Of a DNA stretch of 64,000 nucleotides, positions 37,781 to 48,348 are shown in pieces. Made by a program: the position numbers and the translations under genes. The notes beneath the pieces are model-generated. The model had not been told where the DNA came from, did no database searches, and saw only the letters and a program-made list of their open reading frames with translations. Each line of letters begins with the position of its first letter. Within the stretch, counting starts at the first letter, position 1. This stretch comes from Bacteroidales bacterium (GTDB lineage Bacteria; Bacteroidota; Bacteroidia; Bacteroidales; WCHB1-69): contig JAGCXN010000036.1 in NCBI GenBank assembly GCA_017961265.1, positions 60,322 through 124,321 of the forward strand, in the 5' to 3' direction.

Positions 37781-39439
37781 ATGACTGAAAAATTGCAAAC
37801 TTTGCGCGACAACGCGGCCTTCCGATGGATTGCGTTGCTGCTGCTGGCCTTGGCCATGTTCTGTTCGTACATCTTTATGGACATCCTCTCCCCCATCAAG
37901 GACCTGATGCAGTCCACCCGCGGATGGGACTCCACCGCTTTCGGTACGATGCAGGGCGCGGAGACGTTCCTCAATGTGTTCGTCTTCTTCCTCATTTTCG
38001 CCGGTATCATCTTGGACAAGATGGGTGTGCGTTTCACCGCCATCCTTTCCGGTGCTGTGATGCTCATCGGTGGTCTGATCAAGTACTACGCTGTGACTGA
38101 GGCTTTCTATGGCAGCGGTGTGGAGACATGGTTCACCAACCATCTGAACTACATTCCCGGTTTCCAAGAGCTGGGCGTGGCTCCGTTCTACGAAGGGATG
38201 CCCGCTTCCGCCAAGGTCGCCGCTGTGGGTTTCATGATCTTTGGCTGCGGCGTGGAGATGGCCGGTATCACCGTTTCCCGCGGTATCGTGAAATGGTTCA
38301 AAGGCCGTGAGACCGCTCTGGCCATGGGCTCCGAAATGGCCCTCGCCCGCCTCGGTGTCGCCACCTGCATGATCTTCTCCCCCTTCTTCGCCAAATTAGG
38401 CGGCACCGTTGATGTGTCCCGTTCCGTCGCCTTCGGCGTGGTGCTCCTCTGCATCGCCCTTATGATGTTCATCGTCTATTTCTTCATGGATAAGAAACTG
38501 GATTCCCAGACTGGCGAAGCCGAAGAGCAGGACGATCCTTTCAAGGTCAGCGATATCGGCAAAATCCTCTCCTCCGGTGGTTTCTGGTTGGTGGCTCTCC
38601 TCTGCGTGCTTTACTATAGTGCCATCTTCCCGTTCCAGAAATATGCTGTGAACATGCTCCAGTGCAACCTCACCCTCCACGAGGCTGACATCAACACCTT
38701 CTGGGGTGGCAGCTCCGTGACCATCATCCAGTACCTCATCATGTTGGTCGTGGCCGTCTGCTCCTTCACCAGCAACTTCTCCAAGAACAAGGGCGCAAAG
38801 ATCGGTCTGATGGCCGCTGCCGTTGTCGCCCTCGTGGTTTACTGCTACATGGGCTTCATGCGCGGTACCGCCGAAACCATCTTCGCCGTGTTCCCGCTGC
38901 TGGCCGTCGCTATCACTCCTATCCTTGGCAACTATGTGGACCACAAAGGTAAAGCCGCTTCCATGCTGATGATTGGCTCCTTGCTGCTCATCCTCTGCCA
39001 CCTCACCTTCGCTTTCATCCTGCCGCTGTTCAAGGGCAGTGAAGTCGGTGGCGTTGTGGTCGCTTACATCACCATCCTTGTGTTGGGTGCCTCCTTCTCC
39101 TTGGTGCCCGCCGCCCTCTGGCCGAGCGTTCCGAAGCTCGTTGACGAGAAAATCATCGGTTCCGCCTACGCCCTCATCTTCTGGATCCAGAATATCGGCT
39201 TGTGGCTCTTCCCGCTGCTCATCGGTAAGGTTTTGGACAAAACCAACCCCGAAGTGATTGCCCAAATGAATGAAGGCCTCATCGATGCTGAAACAGCCGC
39301 CACTTCCTACAACTACACGTGGCCGCTGGTGATGCTGGCCTGCCTCGGCGTGGCCGCCCTCATTCTCGGCATCATTCTGAAAGGTGTTGACAAGAAGAAA
39401 GGCCTCGGCCTCGAACAGCCCAACATCAAAGCTGAATAA
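37781..39439 (+). CDS. Major facilitator superfamily transporter
   Basis: Multiple TMs; MFS motif-A-like GIILDKMGVR and GNYVDHKGK; WFKGRETALAMG. Confidence 0.9.
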   Translation: MTEKLQTLRDNAAFRWIALLLLALAMFCSYIFMDILSPIKDLMQSTRGWDSTAFGTMQGAETFLNVFVFFLIFAGIILDKMGVRFTAILSGAVMLIGGLIKYYAVTEAFYGSGVETWFTNHLNYIPGFQELGVAPFYEGMPASAKVAAVGFMIFGCGVEMAGITVSRGIVKWFKGRETALAMGSEMALARLGVATCMIFSPFFAKLGGTVDVSRSVAFGVVLLCIALMMFIVYFFMDKKLDSQTGEAEEQDDPFKVSDIGKILSSGGFWLVALLCVLYYSAIFPFQKYAVNMLQCNLTLHEADINTFWGGSSVTIIQYLIMLVVAVCSFTSNFSKNKGAKIGLMAAAVVALVVYCYMGFMRGTAETIFAVFPLLAVAITPILGNYVDHKGKAASMLMIGSLLLILCHLTFAFILPLFKGSEVGGVVVAYITILVLGASFSLVPAALWPSVPKLVDEKIIGSAYALIFWIQNIGLWLFPLLIGKVLDKTNPEVIAQMNEGLIDAETAATSYNYTWPLVMLACLGVAALILGIILKGVDKKKGLGLEQPNIKAE

Positions 39440-39451
39440 AACCGTTGCGTA

Positions 39452-40684
39452 ATGCAAGAATACATCCCGATATCCACGCTAGGAAACGGAATCCGCGTCA
39501 TCCACGAAGAGGTCTCGTCGCCCATCTCGCACTTTGGCGTCATCGTCAATGCCGGGACACGCGACGAGCCGGATGACCTGCCCGGTCTGGCCCATTTCGC
39601 CGAACACACCTTCTTCAAAGGCACCAGAAAGCGAAACAACTACCAGATAACCAAGCGGATGGAGAATGCGGGAGGCGACCTGAACGCATACACCGCCAAA
39701 GAGGAGACGTATTTTCACGCCTCCTTTTTGTCATCCGACTACGAAAGGGCCGCCGAACTCCTCGCCGACATCCTTTTCAACGCCACCTTCCCCGAAAAGG
39801 AACTGGAAAAAGAGAAGGATGTCGTGCTCGAGGAAATCAACTATTACAAGGACTCCCCCGCCGAACTCATCTACGACGAGATTGAGGAGGTGGCGTTCAG
39901 CGGCCATCCGCTCGGACGTAACATCCTCGGAACCAAGAAGTCGCTGAAAAGCATCCACCGTGACGACTTGCTCAGCTACATCCGCACGAACTACACCGCC
40001 GACCATATCGTGCTCGCCTCTGTCGGCAACATCTCGACCGACAACCTGCTGAAACTCTGCAACAAATACTTCAACCAGCCGCTTGCCGCAACCGGCAACC
40101 GCGTCCGCTCACCCTTTACCGGATACCGCCCCACGCAAATCCACAAGCGGAAAAACAGTTCCCAGACGCACCTGATGCTGTGCAACCAGGCCTTCTCCAA
40201 CAAGGAGGACCTGCGCGTGCCCTTCACCCTGCTCACCAACCTGATGGGCGGGCAGGCCCTGAGCGCACGGCTCAATATGACCCTACGCGAAAAACTCGGC
40301 CTCGCCTATACAGTGGAGGCCTCCTACACCCCCTTTTCCGACACCGGTCTGTTCACCATCTACGCTGGCTGCGAAAACGAGAATACAGACCATTGCATCG
40401 AATTGATTTTTAAAGAATTAAGAAAAGCCCGAGATAACAAGCTTGGCACCATGCAGCTCCATATCGCCAAAAAACAGTTTTTGGGTCAGACGGCCATCAC
40501 CAACGAATCCAAACTCAACGAGCTATTAGCCATCGGACGCAGCGCCTTGATCACCGACAAAGTGGAGACACCCGAAGCTTTCGCCCAAGCCATCGAGGCC
40601 ATCACCGCCGAGGAGATTCTGGAAAGCGCCAATCGCATCTTTATTCCCGAACAGTTCTCCTCGCTCATCTACAGCAAAAATTAG
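39452..40684 (+). CDS. M16 (pitrilysin-family) zinc peptidase
   Basis: HFAEH (HxxEH), NAYT, EKEKDVVLEE, LREKLGLAY. Confidence 0.93.
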   Translation: MQEYIPISTLGNGIRVIHEEVSSPISHFGVIVNAGTRDEPDDLPGLAHFAEHTFFKGTRKRNNYQITKRMENAGGDLNAYTAKEETYFHASFLSSDYERAAELLADILFNATFPEKELEKEKDVVLEEINYYKDSPAELIYDEIEEVAFSGHPLGRNILGTKKSLKSIHRDDLLSYIRTNYTADHIVLASVGNISTDNLLKLCNKYFNQPLAATGNRVRSPFTGYRPTQIHKRKNSSQTHLMLCNQAFSNKEDLRVPFTLLTNLMGGQALSARLNMTLREKLGLAYTVEASYTPFSDTGLFTIYAGCENENTDHCIELIFKELRKARDNKLGTMQLHIAKKQFLGQTAITNESKLNELLAIGRSALITDKVETPEAFAQAIEAITAEEILESANRIFIPEQFSSLIYSKN

Positions 40685-40712
40685 AAAACAAGTCATACAA
40701 TATTATATATAT

Positions 40713-41831
40713 ATGCAAAAACGCCACCATCTAATCACCATAGTCCTTCTACTATCCATCTCTCTTTTAGCATCTTGCAAAAAAAAGCAAGATACCGCAA
40801 CAAATGCCGACAGCACCCTGATTCTGAACGAGCAGTTAACCATCGAGTTCGCCCAAAAGATTGAAATGTCGGTGCTGAACGAAGCACCCGACTTCTTCGA
40901 TAATGCTTTCGACAAGAAGCACATCCGTGAGGTGATTTCCGAAGCCAACAGCATCGTTGCCAGTGCCTTCGACACGAAATTCGGACGCGAAGCCTTTGAC
41001 AACAACTTCCGTTACGGAACCTTCGCGGTTGCGGCGATACAGGACGGCGGTGACTTCCGCTACGTCAGCCACTACGAGAAAGAGGGTGAACACCACGTCA
41101 TCTTCCGTATTTTCAGAGATTTTTATCCAGAAATCTACGACTGTATTCTCGGCATCAGCGACAACAATGAAATCAAAATCAAAGAAGCGTACATCTATAA
41201 TCTGTCATCGACCTTGTCCAACCTCGTGCTCCAGGACGTGCTGTACTGCACGATGATGAACACGGAGCCGGACGAAGCGGCTCGCGTGGTCACAACGGCA
41301 GAGGAACTATATGATGCCGGAAAATTTCGTCCATTATTACAGCATTTGCAGGACAACAAGGAAATCATCAAGGAGTATCCCTACTATAGTTTCTTTTACA
41401 TACAGTCAATCAACGAGTTATCATCCAACTTCATCGCTGACTTGGAAAAGATGGAGGAGGACGGCATTGACGAGCGGTGCATCTTGGTCCACAAACTGAT
41501 TTACTACACCAATATAGGAAAAGCGGATGCGGTAGAATCTGTGATTCAACAACTTATCGACTATACGGGCGAAGACCCGATATACTGGGTGTTTTACGGG
41601 AAAGCACTCGCCAACGGCAGCGATTGGGAGGGTGCTTTGAAAGCCTACAACAACGCCCAGCTCGCGATGCCCACCATCTGGGACATCTGGCAGGGGAAGC
41701 TTGACTGCCACTATCACCTCAACAACAAGGAGGCGTTCGACGAATGTCTGTCGCACGCAGAAGAACTCTTCGGAATGAGCGAGGTGGAAGTGAAGGAGTT
41801 TGTAAAGAAGGAGTACCCGAAGTTTAAATAG
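40713..41831 (+). CDS. Hypothetical lipoprotein with C-terminal TPR-like helices
   Basis: LLASC lipobox followed by KKKQD; helical TPR-like C-terminus. Confidence 0.7.
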   Translation: MQKRHHLITIVLLLSISLLASCKKKQDTATNADSTLILNEQLTIEFAQKIEMSVLNEAPDFFDNAFDKKHIREVISEANSIVASAFDTKFGREAFDNNFRYGTFAVAAIQDGGDFRYVSHYEKEGEHHVIFRIFRDFYPEIYDCILGISDNNEIKIKEAYIYNLSSTLSNLVLQDVLYCTMMNTEPDEAARVVTTAEELYDAGKFRPLLQHLQDNKEIIKEYPYYSFFYIQSINELSSNFIADLEKMEEDGIDERCILVHKLIYYTNIGKADAVESVIQQLIDYTGEDPIYWVFYGKALANGSDWEGALKAYNNAQLAMPTIWDIWQGKLDCHYHLNNKEAFDECLSHAEELFGMSEVEVKEFVKKEYPKFK

Positions 41832-41865
41832 AAAAGGGGATAGCCCTGTTCTCGCGTTTTACTGG

Positions 41866-43296
41866 CTAATTTTTGACAATCTTTCTTGTTTCGACACCTG
41901 TTTTGGAGACCAGTCGGAGAATGTAAGTACCTGCACTATAATTCGACAAGTCAACAGAGAATTCGTTTCCACCCACATTTTTATGGAAAAGAAGTTTCCC
42001 AAAGATGTCAAAGACCTGGAATTCCAGAACCGGTTGCGATTCAGCACGCACATATACACTTCCGTTGGTGGGATTAGGGAATACGTTGGCTTTTTTCCCA
42101 CCCTGCTCGCCGATAGCGCTAGGCAATTCCGGCCCGCGGATGCCAATAATGATGGCGTGGTTGCTGTTGAACCCGTATGAACTGCAGTTGGTAAGCGCAT
42201 AATAGCCGTTCTGCTGTCCGCCCCACCCCCAGTTGAAATGGAAATAGTTGTCGTCCTGGTAGCCATCGCACGTCCACACATGCCCGCCATAGTTTCCGCT
42301 TCCGCCGTACATAAAAGGTGCACCCTCGTCAAGTTCGCCTTTCAGGTAGTTGAGCCACACCGACAAAGAGAGGTTCCCTCGCTCAATATACTGTACCGTA
42401 GTGGGATAACGAAAATAGGTGGAGAGGGCGGATACCATGTTGTTGGAGTTGGCCACACTCACGGACGGACCGTAATTCATATTGACGGACACCCCGCAGT
42501 GATACAGCAGTGTGGCAATGGCTTCCACACAGCTATCTTCATGGTGTATTGCAGTGAGCTGGTCTGGCATATTTTCGTAATGATAGGTCGTTGCTCCAAA
42601 GTTAGCAGACAATGTGCCATAGTTGCTACTGTTGTAGGAGTGGCTGCCTATGCCGGTGGTTGGGAAATGCCAGTAGCGCATCACCTGACCCATCACAATG
42701 GCGCCGCACCCCACAGCTGCATGGCCACCGTAGGCAGAGTTTCCGGTCGCATCAGCAGGACAAAGATCGTTGTAGTATTTGGTCTGGTTCCATTTGTTGT
42801 CGCCGAGCAACGGACCGACCACCACACTCCCATCTTTGGGTGCAGGAGCGTCTTCCGAAAGCAAAACTGCCCATTTTTGCTGGGCTACTTCATCGGCATA
42901 CTGTTGGTTATCAACAACATATTGAATCTCTTCGGAATACCCATCCAGGAAGAAAAGGATATGGTCGGGCATGTCTTCGGTGACGAAAGGCCCCTCATCG
43001 GAGAAAGCCAGAATGGGCTGTACGCGGTCGTCGCCTGACACGATGACAAAGCCCTCCGTGCTGAAATTGACGACATAGAAACTGGGGCTGCCACCATTTT
43101 CACCTCGGAGCGAGGGAGCTGCGTATGCGATTGCGGGAGTGAGTGTTTCGAGAGTGCGGTGGTACTTCATGGCAAAGAAGCGGGCGGCAACGGTGCGGGC
43201 AGTTGTTTCATCCACTGGTTTGGCGGACAAAGAGGCCGACAATATCAACAACAAGGTGAAGAGAATGGAAAATTTCGATTTCATAACCAGATTCAT
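41866..43296 (-). CDS. C10 (streptopain/SpeB-like) cysteine protease with propeptide and T9SS CTD
   Basis: GFVIVSGDD propeptide, WNQ, VGCGA (Cys), GHVW (His), HFNWGWGG; CTD VFPNP...GTYILR..KIVKN. Confidence 0.93.
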   Translation of the reverse strand: MNLVMKSKFSILFTLLLILSASLSAKPVDETTARTVAARFFAMKYHRTLETLTPAIAYAAPSLRGENGGSPSFYVVNFSTEGFVIVSGDDRVQPILAFSDEGPFVTEDMPDHILFFLDGYSEEIQYVVDNQQYADEVAQQKWAVLLSEDAPAPKDGSVVVGPLLGDNKWNQTKYYNDLCPADATGNSAYGGHAAVGCGAIVMGQVMRYWHFPTTGIGSHSYNSSNYGTLSANFGATTYHYENMPDQLTAIHHEDSCVEAIATLLYHCGVSVNMNYGPSVSVANSNNMVSALSTYFRYPTTVQYIERGNLSLSVWLNYLKGELDEGAPFMYGGSGNYGGHVWTCDGYQDDNYFHFNWGWGGQQNGYYALTNCSSYGFNSNHAIIIGIRGPELPSAIGEQGGKKANVFPNPTNGSVYVRAESQPVLEFQVFDIFGKLLFHKNVGGNEFSVDLSNYSAGTYILRLVSKTGVETRKIVKN

Positions 43297-43448
43297 TTAA
43301 TTCATCAATAAAATCAAGCCAATGCTGAAAGCGATTCTTTTCATAAAAGTATTTTAAGCGTGCAAAAGTACGATTTTTTGTGTTGTCACACTGCAATGCA
43401 CCTTTGGAATTTGCCATAAAAGTTGTACTTTTGCACTCTTGAAAAAAT

Positions 43449-44897
43449 ATGCTTATGGACATCCAGCAACTCACTACCCTCACCGCTCGATGCACCGGAA
43501 AATCCGTGGAACGCACGGAACAGCTGGCGCAGTCCGGCTCGCACCGCGTGTATGTGCGGCTCTTCCTTGACGACGGCACTACACTGATGGGGGCGTTCAA
43601 CGACGACATCAAAGAGAACGAGGCTTTCTTCGCCTTCACTGATTTTTTCAACAAAGAGCATCTCAACGTGCCGAAAGTGCTGGCCATCAGTGATGACCGG
43701 ATGCACTACATCCAGAACGACCTCGGCAACGAGACCCTGTTTTCGTACCTCACCCGCCGCAAGGAGGAGACCGGCACACTTCCGGACGATGTGCTGGAAT
43801 ACTTCCGCAAGGCACTACGACAACTCCCTCTTTTCCAGCTGTGTGGAAAGAAAGACTTTGACTTTTCCGTCTGCTACCCCTCCCCTGCCTTCGACCGCCA
43901 GTCGATGCAGTGGGACCTCAACTATTTCAAGTACTATTTCCTGAAACTGGCTTACATCCCGTTTGACGAACAGGCTTTGGAAAACGATTTCAAGACGTTG
44001 GAAGACAATCTTTTGGAAGCTGGACAGGACTTTTTCCTTTACCGTGATTTCCAGTCGCGGAACATTATGTTGAAGGACGGAGACGTATATTTTATTGATT
44101 ATCAGGGCGGACGAAAGGGGGCACTGCAATACGACCTCGCCTCGCTGCTGTACCAGGCGAAGGCGGGCCTCCCCGACACGCTCCGGGAAGAGCTGCTGGA
44201 CTTCTACCTCAACGAGCTAACGAAGCACCTCACCATTGACCGCGGGCTGTTCCGCAAGCACTACTATTTATATGTACTCATCCGGCAGCTGCAGGTGCTG
44301 GGGGCTTACGGCTACCGCGGGTATTACGAGAAGAAGTCGCACTTCCTCCAGAGCATCCCGCCGGCCGTGGAGAATATCCGCACCCTGTTGGACAAAGGAC
44401 TGATTTCCGTGGAGCTGCCCGAACTCACGGCGGTGCTCCGCGCCATCACCGCCATCGACTGGGCGGCGAAAACCCGTCCGAAACCCGCCGCCGACGGCAA
44501 GCTCACCGTCACCGTCAACAGCTTCTCGTTCAGGAAAGGGATTCCCGAGGATCCGTCCGGCAACGGCGGCGGCTTCGTGTTCGACTGCCGCATCCTGCCC
44601 AACCCGGGACGGGAGCCGCAGTACCGCTCAATGACCGGCATGGACCGCCCCGTCATTGACTACCTCGAGCAATATCCGGAGGTGGAGCAATTCAAGCAGC
44701 ACCTGTTCGCGCTGGCCGACATGGGCGTGGACAATTACCTCGAACGGAAATTCACCAGCCTCACCCTCAGCTGCGGCTGCACGGGGGGCCAGCACCGCTC
44801 GGTCTATTTCGCCCAAAGCATCGCTGACCACCTGCGGGTAAAATACCCAGACGTCAACGTGGTGCTGGTGCATCGGGAACAGGGTAATAGGGTATAG
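43449..44897 (+). CDS. Aminoglycoside-phosphotransferase-fold kinase (AmgK-like) fused to a RapZ C-terminal domain
   Basis: GSHRVY, YRDFQSRNIM, IDYQG, YDLASLL; C-terminal SFSFRKG..FDCRILPNP..GCTGGQHRSV. Confidence 0.88.
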   Translation: MLMDIQQLTTLTARCTGKSVERTEQLAQSGSHRVYVRLFLDDGTTLMGAFNDDIKENEAFFAFTDFFNKEHLNVPKVLAISDDRMHYIQNDLGNETLFSYLTRRKEETGTLPDDVLEYFRKALRQLPLFQLCGKKDFDFSVCYPSPAFDRQSMQWDLNYFKYYFLKLAYIPFDEQALENDFKTLEDNLLEAGQDFFLYRDFQSRNIMLKDGDVYFIDYQGGRKGALQYDLASLLYQAKAGLPDTLREELLDFYLNELTKHLTIDRGLFRKHYYLYVLIRQLQVLGAYGYRGYYEKKSHFLQSIPPAVENIRTLLDKGLISVELPELTAVLRAITAIDWAAKTRPKPAADGKLTVTVNSFSFRKGIPEDPSGNGGGFVFDCRILPNPGREPQYRSMTGMDRPVIDYLEQYPEVEQFKQHLFALADMGVDNYLERKFTSLTLSCGCTGGQHRSVYFAQSIADHLRVKYPDVNVVLVHREQGNRV

Positions 44898-45043
44898 GAA
44901 ATAGGAAATAGGAATTAGGTGTCGGGGATTTGATATGACGTAATGTAGAGACGCGATTCATCGCGTCTCCCGATGAACCGACGCAGATGGTAAAAGGTAG
45001 AAGGTAGAAGGTAAAAGGTAGAAGGTATGAGGTAACAGGTTAA
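44885..45043 (+). repeat. Two heptamer arrays (TAGGnnn, AGGTAnn) flanking a GTAG REP-like palindrome
   Basis: TAGG at 7-bp spacing 44888-44919; GTAGAGACGCGATTCATCGCGTCTC at 44945-44969; GGTA(G/A)AA about 7 times at 44989-45040. Confidence 0.8.
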
Positions 45044-45062
45044 TGGTGTTTCAGTAATCCGA

Positions 45063-45620
45063 TTGCATAAAATGATAGTACTGTCTCGTAGTCATCCGGA
45101 ACGCAGGTCTGTGGTTTTCACCTCTTTTTTAGGGCTGATCAGTTGCTTTTTTTTATTCTCTTATCTTGCCTATTATGTTGAACACTTAATTTGCAGCTAC
45201 AAGACATTCAGCGCAATGGATTATTTCACTTTTGTATTGTGTATTGTCTTGGGATGTTTGATTGGTTGTCCGATTGTCCTTTATTTAATAGGAGAAATAA
45301 TTTGGCAGGTCAAAGGAGAAGAAATAATCCAGTATGACGAAAAATATCTTTACATAGTCAACAACGGACGTATTTTGGGCAAAACAAAGAAAATCCGATG
45401 GAGCAACATCAAAAACGTTGAATTGGCAAAACTTTCTCACTATGAACAGTTTATCGTCCACTTTAGCGTTGCTGGAGATATTGATGAACGACTCCTGATT
45501 TCACGTTATAAGGGGTTGAAAATCTATTGCGGTGTCAATTTAAGCAAAGACAAATGTGTGGAAATGGTTGAGACATTGCAAGAACTGACCAATCTGAAAT
45601 CAAGAGTTCCCACTCCATAA
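45063..45620 (+). CDS. Hypothetical AT-rich membrane protein
   Basis: Two N-terminal TMs and a soluble tail; start uncertain (TTG 45063 or ATG 45072). Confidence 0.6.
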   Translation: MHKMIVLSRSHPERRSVVFTSFLGLISCFFLFSYLAYYVEHLICSYKTFSAMDYFTFVLCIVLGCLIGCPIVLYLIGEIIWQVKGEEIIQYDEKYLYIVNNGRILGKTKKIRWSNIKNVELAKLSHYEQFIVHFSVAGDIDERLLISRYKGLKIYCGVNLSKDKCVEMVETLQELTNLKSRVPTP

Positions 45621-45745
45621 TTCCCAACCTCCATAACTCAAAATCCTGTCAGTTTTCAAGTCTAAATTTTCAACTTTCAATTCTCAATTTATTTGTACCT
45701 TTGCCCCATTGTTTTTGAATTATCGAATCATTAAAATATACCATT

Positions 45746-46942
45746 ATGAAATCCATCAACGAGGCCCAGATGAAGGGCAAAAGAGTCTTAGTAAGAGTGG
45801 ACTACAATGTTCCGCTGAACGAGCAGTTTGAGGTGACCGACGCCACCCGCATCATCCGCACCATCGACACGGTGAAGAAGATCACCGGCGAGGGCGGCAT
45901 CGCCATCCTGATGTCGCATCTGGGCCGTCCGAAGGGCGTGGCCAGCGACAAATTCTCCCTGAAACACATTGTGGGCAAGGCATCGGAAGTGCTCGGCACG
46001 CCCGTCACCTTCCTCGGCGACGTGCTGGACGCAGAGACTGAAAAGCGCGTGGCCGCCCTGAAACCGGGCGACGTGGCCCTGCTCGAGAACCTCCGCTTCC
46101 ACAACGAAGAGGAAGGCGGCGACGAGAATTTCGCCAAAGCCATTGCCCGCCTCGGTGACCTGTACGTCAACGACGCGTTCGGCACAGCACACCGCGCCCA
46201 CGCCTCCACCGCCACCATCACCAAATTCTTCCCGGGAAAATGCTACGCCGGCTACCTGCTGTACGAGGAGGCCTCCAACCTCGACCTCGTGCTCAACAAC
46301 GCGGCGCACCCCTTCACCGCCATCATCGGCGGCAGCAAGATTTCCACCAAGCTGAACATCATCACCTTCCTTTTGGAAAAGGTTGACAATCTGATTATTG
46401 CAGGTGGAATGAGCTACACTTTCCTCCACGCGATGGGCGTCAAAATCGGCAACTCCCTCCTCGAAGAGGATATGATTCCCGTGGCCAAGGAGATCATCAA
46501 CAAGGCACACCTGAAGGGCGTGGACATCTACTTCCCCATCGACAACATCTGCGCCGACAAGTTCGACAACAACGCCAACCAGTACATCACCACGCACAAC
46601 GACATCCCCGAAGGCTGGGAAGGCATGGACATCGGTCCCCGCACCATCCAGAAATTCGCCTCCATCATCAAGACCGCCAAGACGATCCTGTGGAACGGCC
46701 CCGTCGGCGTCTATGAGTTCCCGAACTTCGAGAACGGCACCCACTCCGTGGCCCTCTGCGTGTCGGTAGCCACCATCTCCGGCGCGTTCTCCCTCATTGG
46801 CGGCGGCGACTCCATCGCGGCCATCAACAACTACCACCTCGCTGACTACGTCTCCTACATCAGCACCGGCGGCGGCGCCATGTTGGAATACCTCGAAGGC
46901 AAGGAACTCCCCGGCATCAAAGCATTAAACGAGGATAAATAA
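45746..46942 (+). CDS. pgk: Phosphoglycerate kinase
   Basis: VRVDYNVP, SHLGRP, LLENLRF, NDAFGTAHRAHAS, WNGPVG, GGGDS, STGGGA. Confidence 0.97.
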   Translation: MKSINEAQMKGKRVLVRVDYNVPLNEQFEVTDATRIIRTIDTVKKITGEGGIAILMSHLGRPKGVASDKFSLKHIVGKASEVLGTPVTFLGDVLDAETEKRVAALKPGDVALLENLRFHNEEEGGDENFAKAIARLGDLYVNDAFGTAHRAHASTATITKFFPGKCYAGYLLYEEASNLDLVLNNAAHPFTAIIGGSKISTKLNIITFLLEKVDNLIIAGGMSYTFLHAMGVKIGNSLLEEDMIPVAKEIINKAHLKGVDIYFPIDNICADKFDNNANQYITTHNDIPEGWEGMDIGPRTIQKFASIIKTAKTILWNGPVGVYEFPNFENGTHSVALCVSVATISGAFSLIGGGDSIAAINNYHLADYVSYISTGGGAMLEYLEGKELPGIKALNEDK

Positions 46943-47021
46943 CCGTAGAAGGTAAAAGGTAAAGGGTTTCATTTCTTTCAAAATTAATGAACCTGATAAA
47001 CTTTCAAACTTGATAAACTTG

Positions 47022-47603
47022 ATGAACCAAGTAGTATATTTTGCACACGAAACCGCAATAATTGACGAGGGGTGCCAGATTGGCGCAGGGGCGAAAATCT
47101 GGCATTTCTCGCATATTATGCCCCATTGCGTGATTGGCGAGCGGTGCAACATCGGCCAGAACGTGGTGATTTCGCCGGAGGTGGTGCTGGGCAACAACGT
47201 CAAGATCCAGAACAACGTGTCGGTTTATACTGGCGTGACGTGCGAGGACGACGTGTTCCTCGGGCCGTCGATGGTGTTCACCAATGTCACCAACCCGCGG
47301 AGTGCGGTGAACCGGCGCAACCAGTACGCCAAGACGCACGTCGGAAAAGGCGCGACCATCGGGGCCAACGCCACGGTGGTATGCGGGCACGACATCGGCG
47401 CCTTCGCCTTCATCGGGGCGGGTGCCGTGGTGACGAAGACCATCCCGCCGTACGCGCTCGTGGTGGGCAACCCCTCCCGCCAGATCGGCTGGATGAGCGA
47501 GTACGGACACCGGCTCCAGTTCGACAAGGACGGTTTTGCCACCTGTCCCGAAAGCGGCGAACGCTACCAGCTGAAGGACGGAAAAGTCACTAAAATAGAG
47601 TAA
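47022..47603 (+). CDS. Hexapeptide-repeat N-acetyltransferase (WbpD/WlbB-like)
   Basis: KIWHFSH, IGQNV, KIQNNVSVY, GPSMVFTN, IGANAT, VGNP. Confidence 0.88.
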   Translation: MNQVVYFAHETAIIDEGCQIGAGAKIWHFSHIMPHCVIGERCNIGQNVVISPEVVLGNNVKIQNNVSVYTGVTCEDDVFLGPSMVFTNVTNPRSAVNRRNQYAKTHVGKGATIGANATVVCGHDIGAFAFIGAGAVVTKTIPPYALVVGNPSRQIGWMSEYGHRLQFDKDGFATCPESGERYQLKDGKVTKIE

Positions 47604-47604
47604 G

Positions 47605-48348
47605 ATGCAGCACGACAACGGAAACATCTGTGCGATGGTGTTCGCCGCGGGGCTCGGCACGCGCTTGTACCCGCTGACGCAGGACCGTCCGAAGGCATTG
47701 GTCGAGATCCACGGAAAGACACTGTTGGAGACCGTCATCCAGCGGATCATCGGCAGCGGCATCCGCCAGATTGTCGTCAACGTGCACCATTTCAGCGGGC
47801 TGATAAAGGAGTACCTCGCCACGCACCCGTTCGATGCCGACATCCGGATTTCGGACGAGACGGACTTTCTGTTGGACACGGGCGGCGGACTCAAGTTCGC
47901 AGAACCGCTGTTCGGCAGTGCCGACCATATCCTGCTACACAACGTGGACATTTTGTCCGACATCAACCTCAACCAGCTGATTGAACAGCACATAACGAAC
48001 AACGCCATCGCCACCTTGGCGGTGCGCGAGCGTGTGACGTCGCGTTACCTCATCTTTGAGCGTGCGACGATGCGACTGTGCGGGTGGGAGAATGTCAAGA
48101 CGGGCGAAAAAAGGATGGAAGTGCCTTGTACCGACGGGGTTCCGTTAGGATTCAGCGGCATCCACGTAGTGCGGCGCGACATCCTCGACCACATCCCCTC
48201 GGGACAGAAGCTCTCGATGACCCCGCTCTACCTCGACCTTGCGGCACAGCACCCCATCTACGGGTATCTGCACCAGAACGACCAATGGATGGACGTGGGC
48301 AAGTACGACGACGTCGTCAAGCTCCAGAATCAGGACAAGTATTTGTAA
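47605..48348 (+). CDS. Nucleotidyltransferase (MurU-like)
   Basis: AAGLGTRLYPLT..PKAL, VNVHH, LDTGGG, NVD, WMDVG. Confidence 0.88.
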   Translation: MQHDNGNICAMVFAAGLGTRLYPLTQDRPKALVEIHGKTLLETVIQRIIGSGIRQIVVNVHHFSGLIKEYLATHPFDADIRISDETDFLLDTGGGLKFAEPLFGSADHILLHNVDILSDINLNQLIEQHITNNAIATLAVRERVTSRYLIFERATMRLCGWENVKTGEKRMEVPCTDGVPLGFSGIHVVRRDILDHIPSGQKLSMTPLYLDLAAQHPIYGYLHQNDQWMDVGKYDDVVKLQNQDKYL

